A stretch of DNA of 64,000 nucleotides from Alloascoidea hylecoeti (taxonomy: Eukaryota), in NCBI GenBank assembly GCA_001600815.1, contig BCKZ01000006.1:621048-685047 (forward strand), given 5' to 3'. The translations under genes and the position numbers were made by a program. Shown piece by piece: positions 62,579 through 64,000 of this stretch. The notes under the pieces were generated by a model. It made no database searches. It saw only the letters and a list, made by a program, of their open reading frames with translations, and had not been told where the DNA came from. How positions within the stretch are numbered: position 1 is the stretch's first letter; every line of letters starts with the position of its first letter.

Positions 62579-63423
62579 TAAGATAAATTATTTGATTTTT
62601 GCTTCTTAATGGTTTTATTACACTCTTCTGTGACTAATTCCAGATATTGCACATATATTGAAATTCTTGTAAAGAAATCTATTTAATATTCAAACTACGT
62701 TTTTTGGAGTTCTTTGCCTTTAGCCCATAGCTTTAGATTTACTTTTCTTTATTGCAAAAGGGCTACATGAATGTCCTATTAGCTTCCGCCTCTTTTTTGA
62801 ATTCTTTTTCAACCTTGAGATTTCTATATTTTCCAATTTTATTATTGTTTTTTATACTTTTTTCTGAGCTCTATTACATTGTATATTTATGCATGCATTA
62901 ACTAACAATATTGCTGTATGTTACATAATTATAAAACAAAAATTTCTTTTATATAAACAACTAGTTCATATATATTTCCTTAGAACTATAACTAATTTCC
63001 TACAATAATAACTATAAAATAAATAAAATTTCTTTCAATGTTTCATCTAATAAAAGTCTAAATTAACGTTAACGTTTTGCCATTTACCATTTACCTGAGT
63101 AACTAATAGTCTCAATTTCAATCTAGTTTTTACTAATTGGGATTCCTATAAATATTTGTGAATGTATAATTTCACAAAGTAGTTGCTTATGGAAGGGTAA
63201 AAAGTATAAAATTGAAAAATTAATAGGTAAAGCTTAATTATAAGACGTAAATGAGGATGCATATGCATGTATGTTTGCATATAATCGCATCAAACCTGAA
63301 ATTGATATTTAATGCGATTTTATATTATTCTCTTTTCTGTTTAGATGGCAAACAATGCAATTGAGTTATCGTTCAAGCTCTTATACAAGTGACTTCCTTG
63401 CCACATTAATAATTGTACATGAA

Positions 63424-63451
63424 CCACTATCCACTATCCACTATCCACTAT
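63424..63451. repeat. (CCACTAT)4 microsatellite
   Basis: Read directly. Confidence 0.9.
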
Positions 63452-64000
63452 CTAGCTATATCTTTGAAAACTTGTTACATGCATATGATTATAAAGCCAT
63501 ATATTTTCAATATTATTAAGAACTCTGCTCATAGTATGTGATGTAGTTGTAAAAAGATCCTTAATTATAGCTTTAGTTTCAATTCTAATGGTTACAAAGA
63601 ATGGAAATTAATACTCAAATGTAGTAGATTAAATTAATGGTAAAATTTAAGAGATGTACTACATTTAAAACTATATCCATTAGTATTTGTCTGTGGTATT
63701 CATATGATTGCATCGAGTAGCTGAGCTAACTAAAATATTATTGTGTGAGAAGTTTTTTTTATATCATGTAGAGCCGTTGAGCAAATAACTATGTTCAAAT
63801 CGCTTAATTATCCCTCCTCTTACTGAGAATTAATGACAATTTTTTTAATCCTCCCACACACTTCCGATGACATACATTACTTCAGTATCGATCCCACAAG
63901 TACAGACCATTATATCCACCCCTTTCATACCAATAATAGCATATTATATTAGGTAGCCAATAGAAGGGAATTTGTATGTTTTCTCAACTGAGTATATATA

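Noticed and set aside
1..64000. tRNA, rRNA, CRISPR, LTR retrotransposon or alternative CUG code
   Set aside because: No such signatures seen by eye; CTG occupies conserved or hydrophobic Leu positions. Small ncRNAs could have been missed without a covariance search.

Overview
AT-rich budding-yeast (Saccharomycotina) nuclear DNA from an intron-rich lineage using the standard code (CUG=Leu). I can support about 15 protein genes, 9 of them spliced (10 short introns, 48-82 nt). The ORF track therefore truncates several genes and misses two altogether. In order: a partial Ccw12/Sed1-type cell-wall gene, CHC1, a YBT1-like ABCC pump, an RRT5-like two-RRM protein, SWC3, a pseudogene bracketed by a 40-bp repeat, PDR12, SLI15/INCENP, HUL4, BUB1, an orphan gene, RAD2, YCH1, an ~8.8-kb gene desert, TAM41 and two more Ccw12/Sed1-type genes. 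The strongest hidden signal is a decayed Tc1-type (DD34E) DNA transposase on the minus strand between the last two cell-wall paralogs. Also notable are pogo/Tc2-like terminal motifs around the pseudogene and a BUB1 intron placed so that retention would remove CD1 and the kinase. I saw no tRNA, rRNA or CRISPR, and no demonstrably new multi-gene system. Family assignments come from motif recognition by eye, not database searches.
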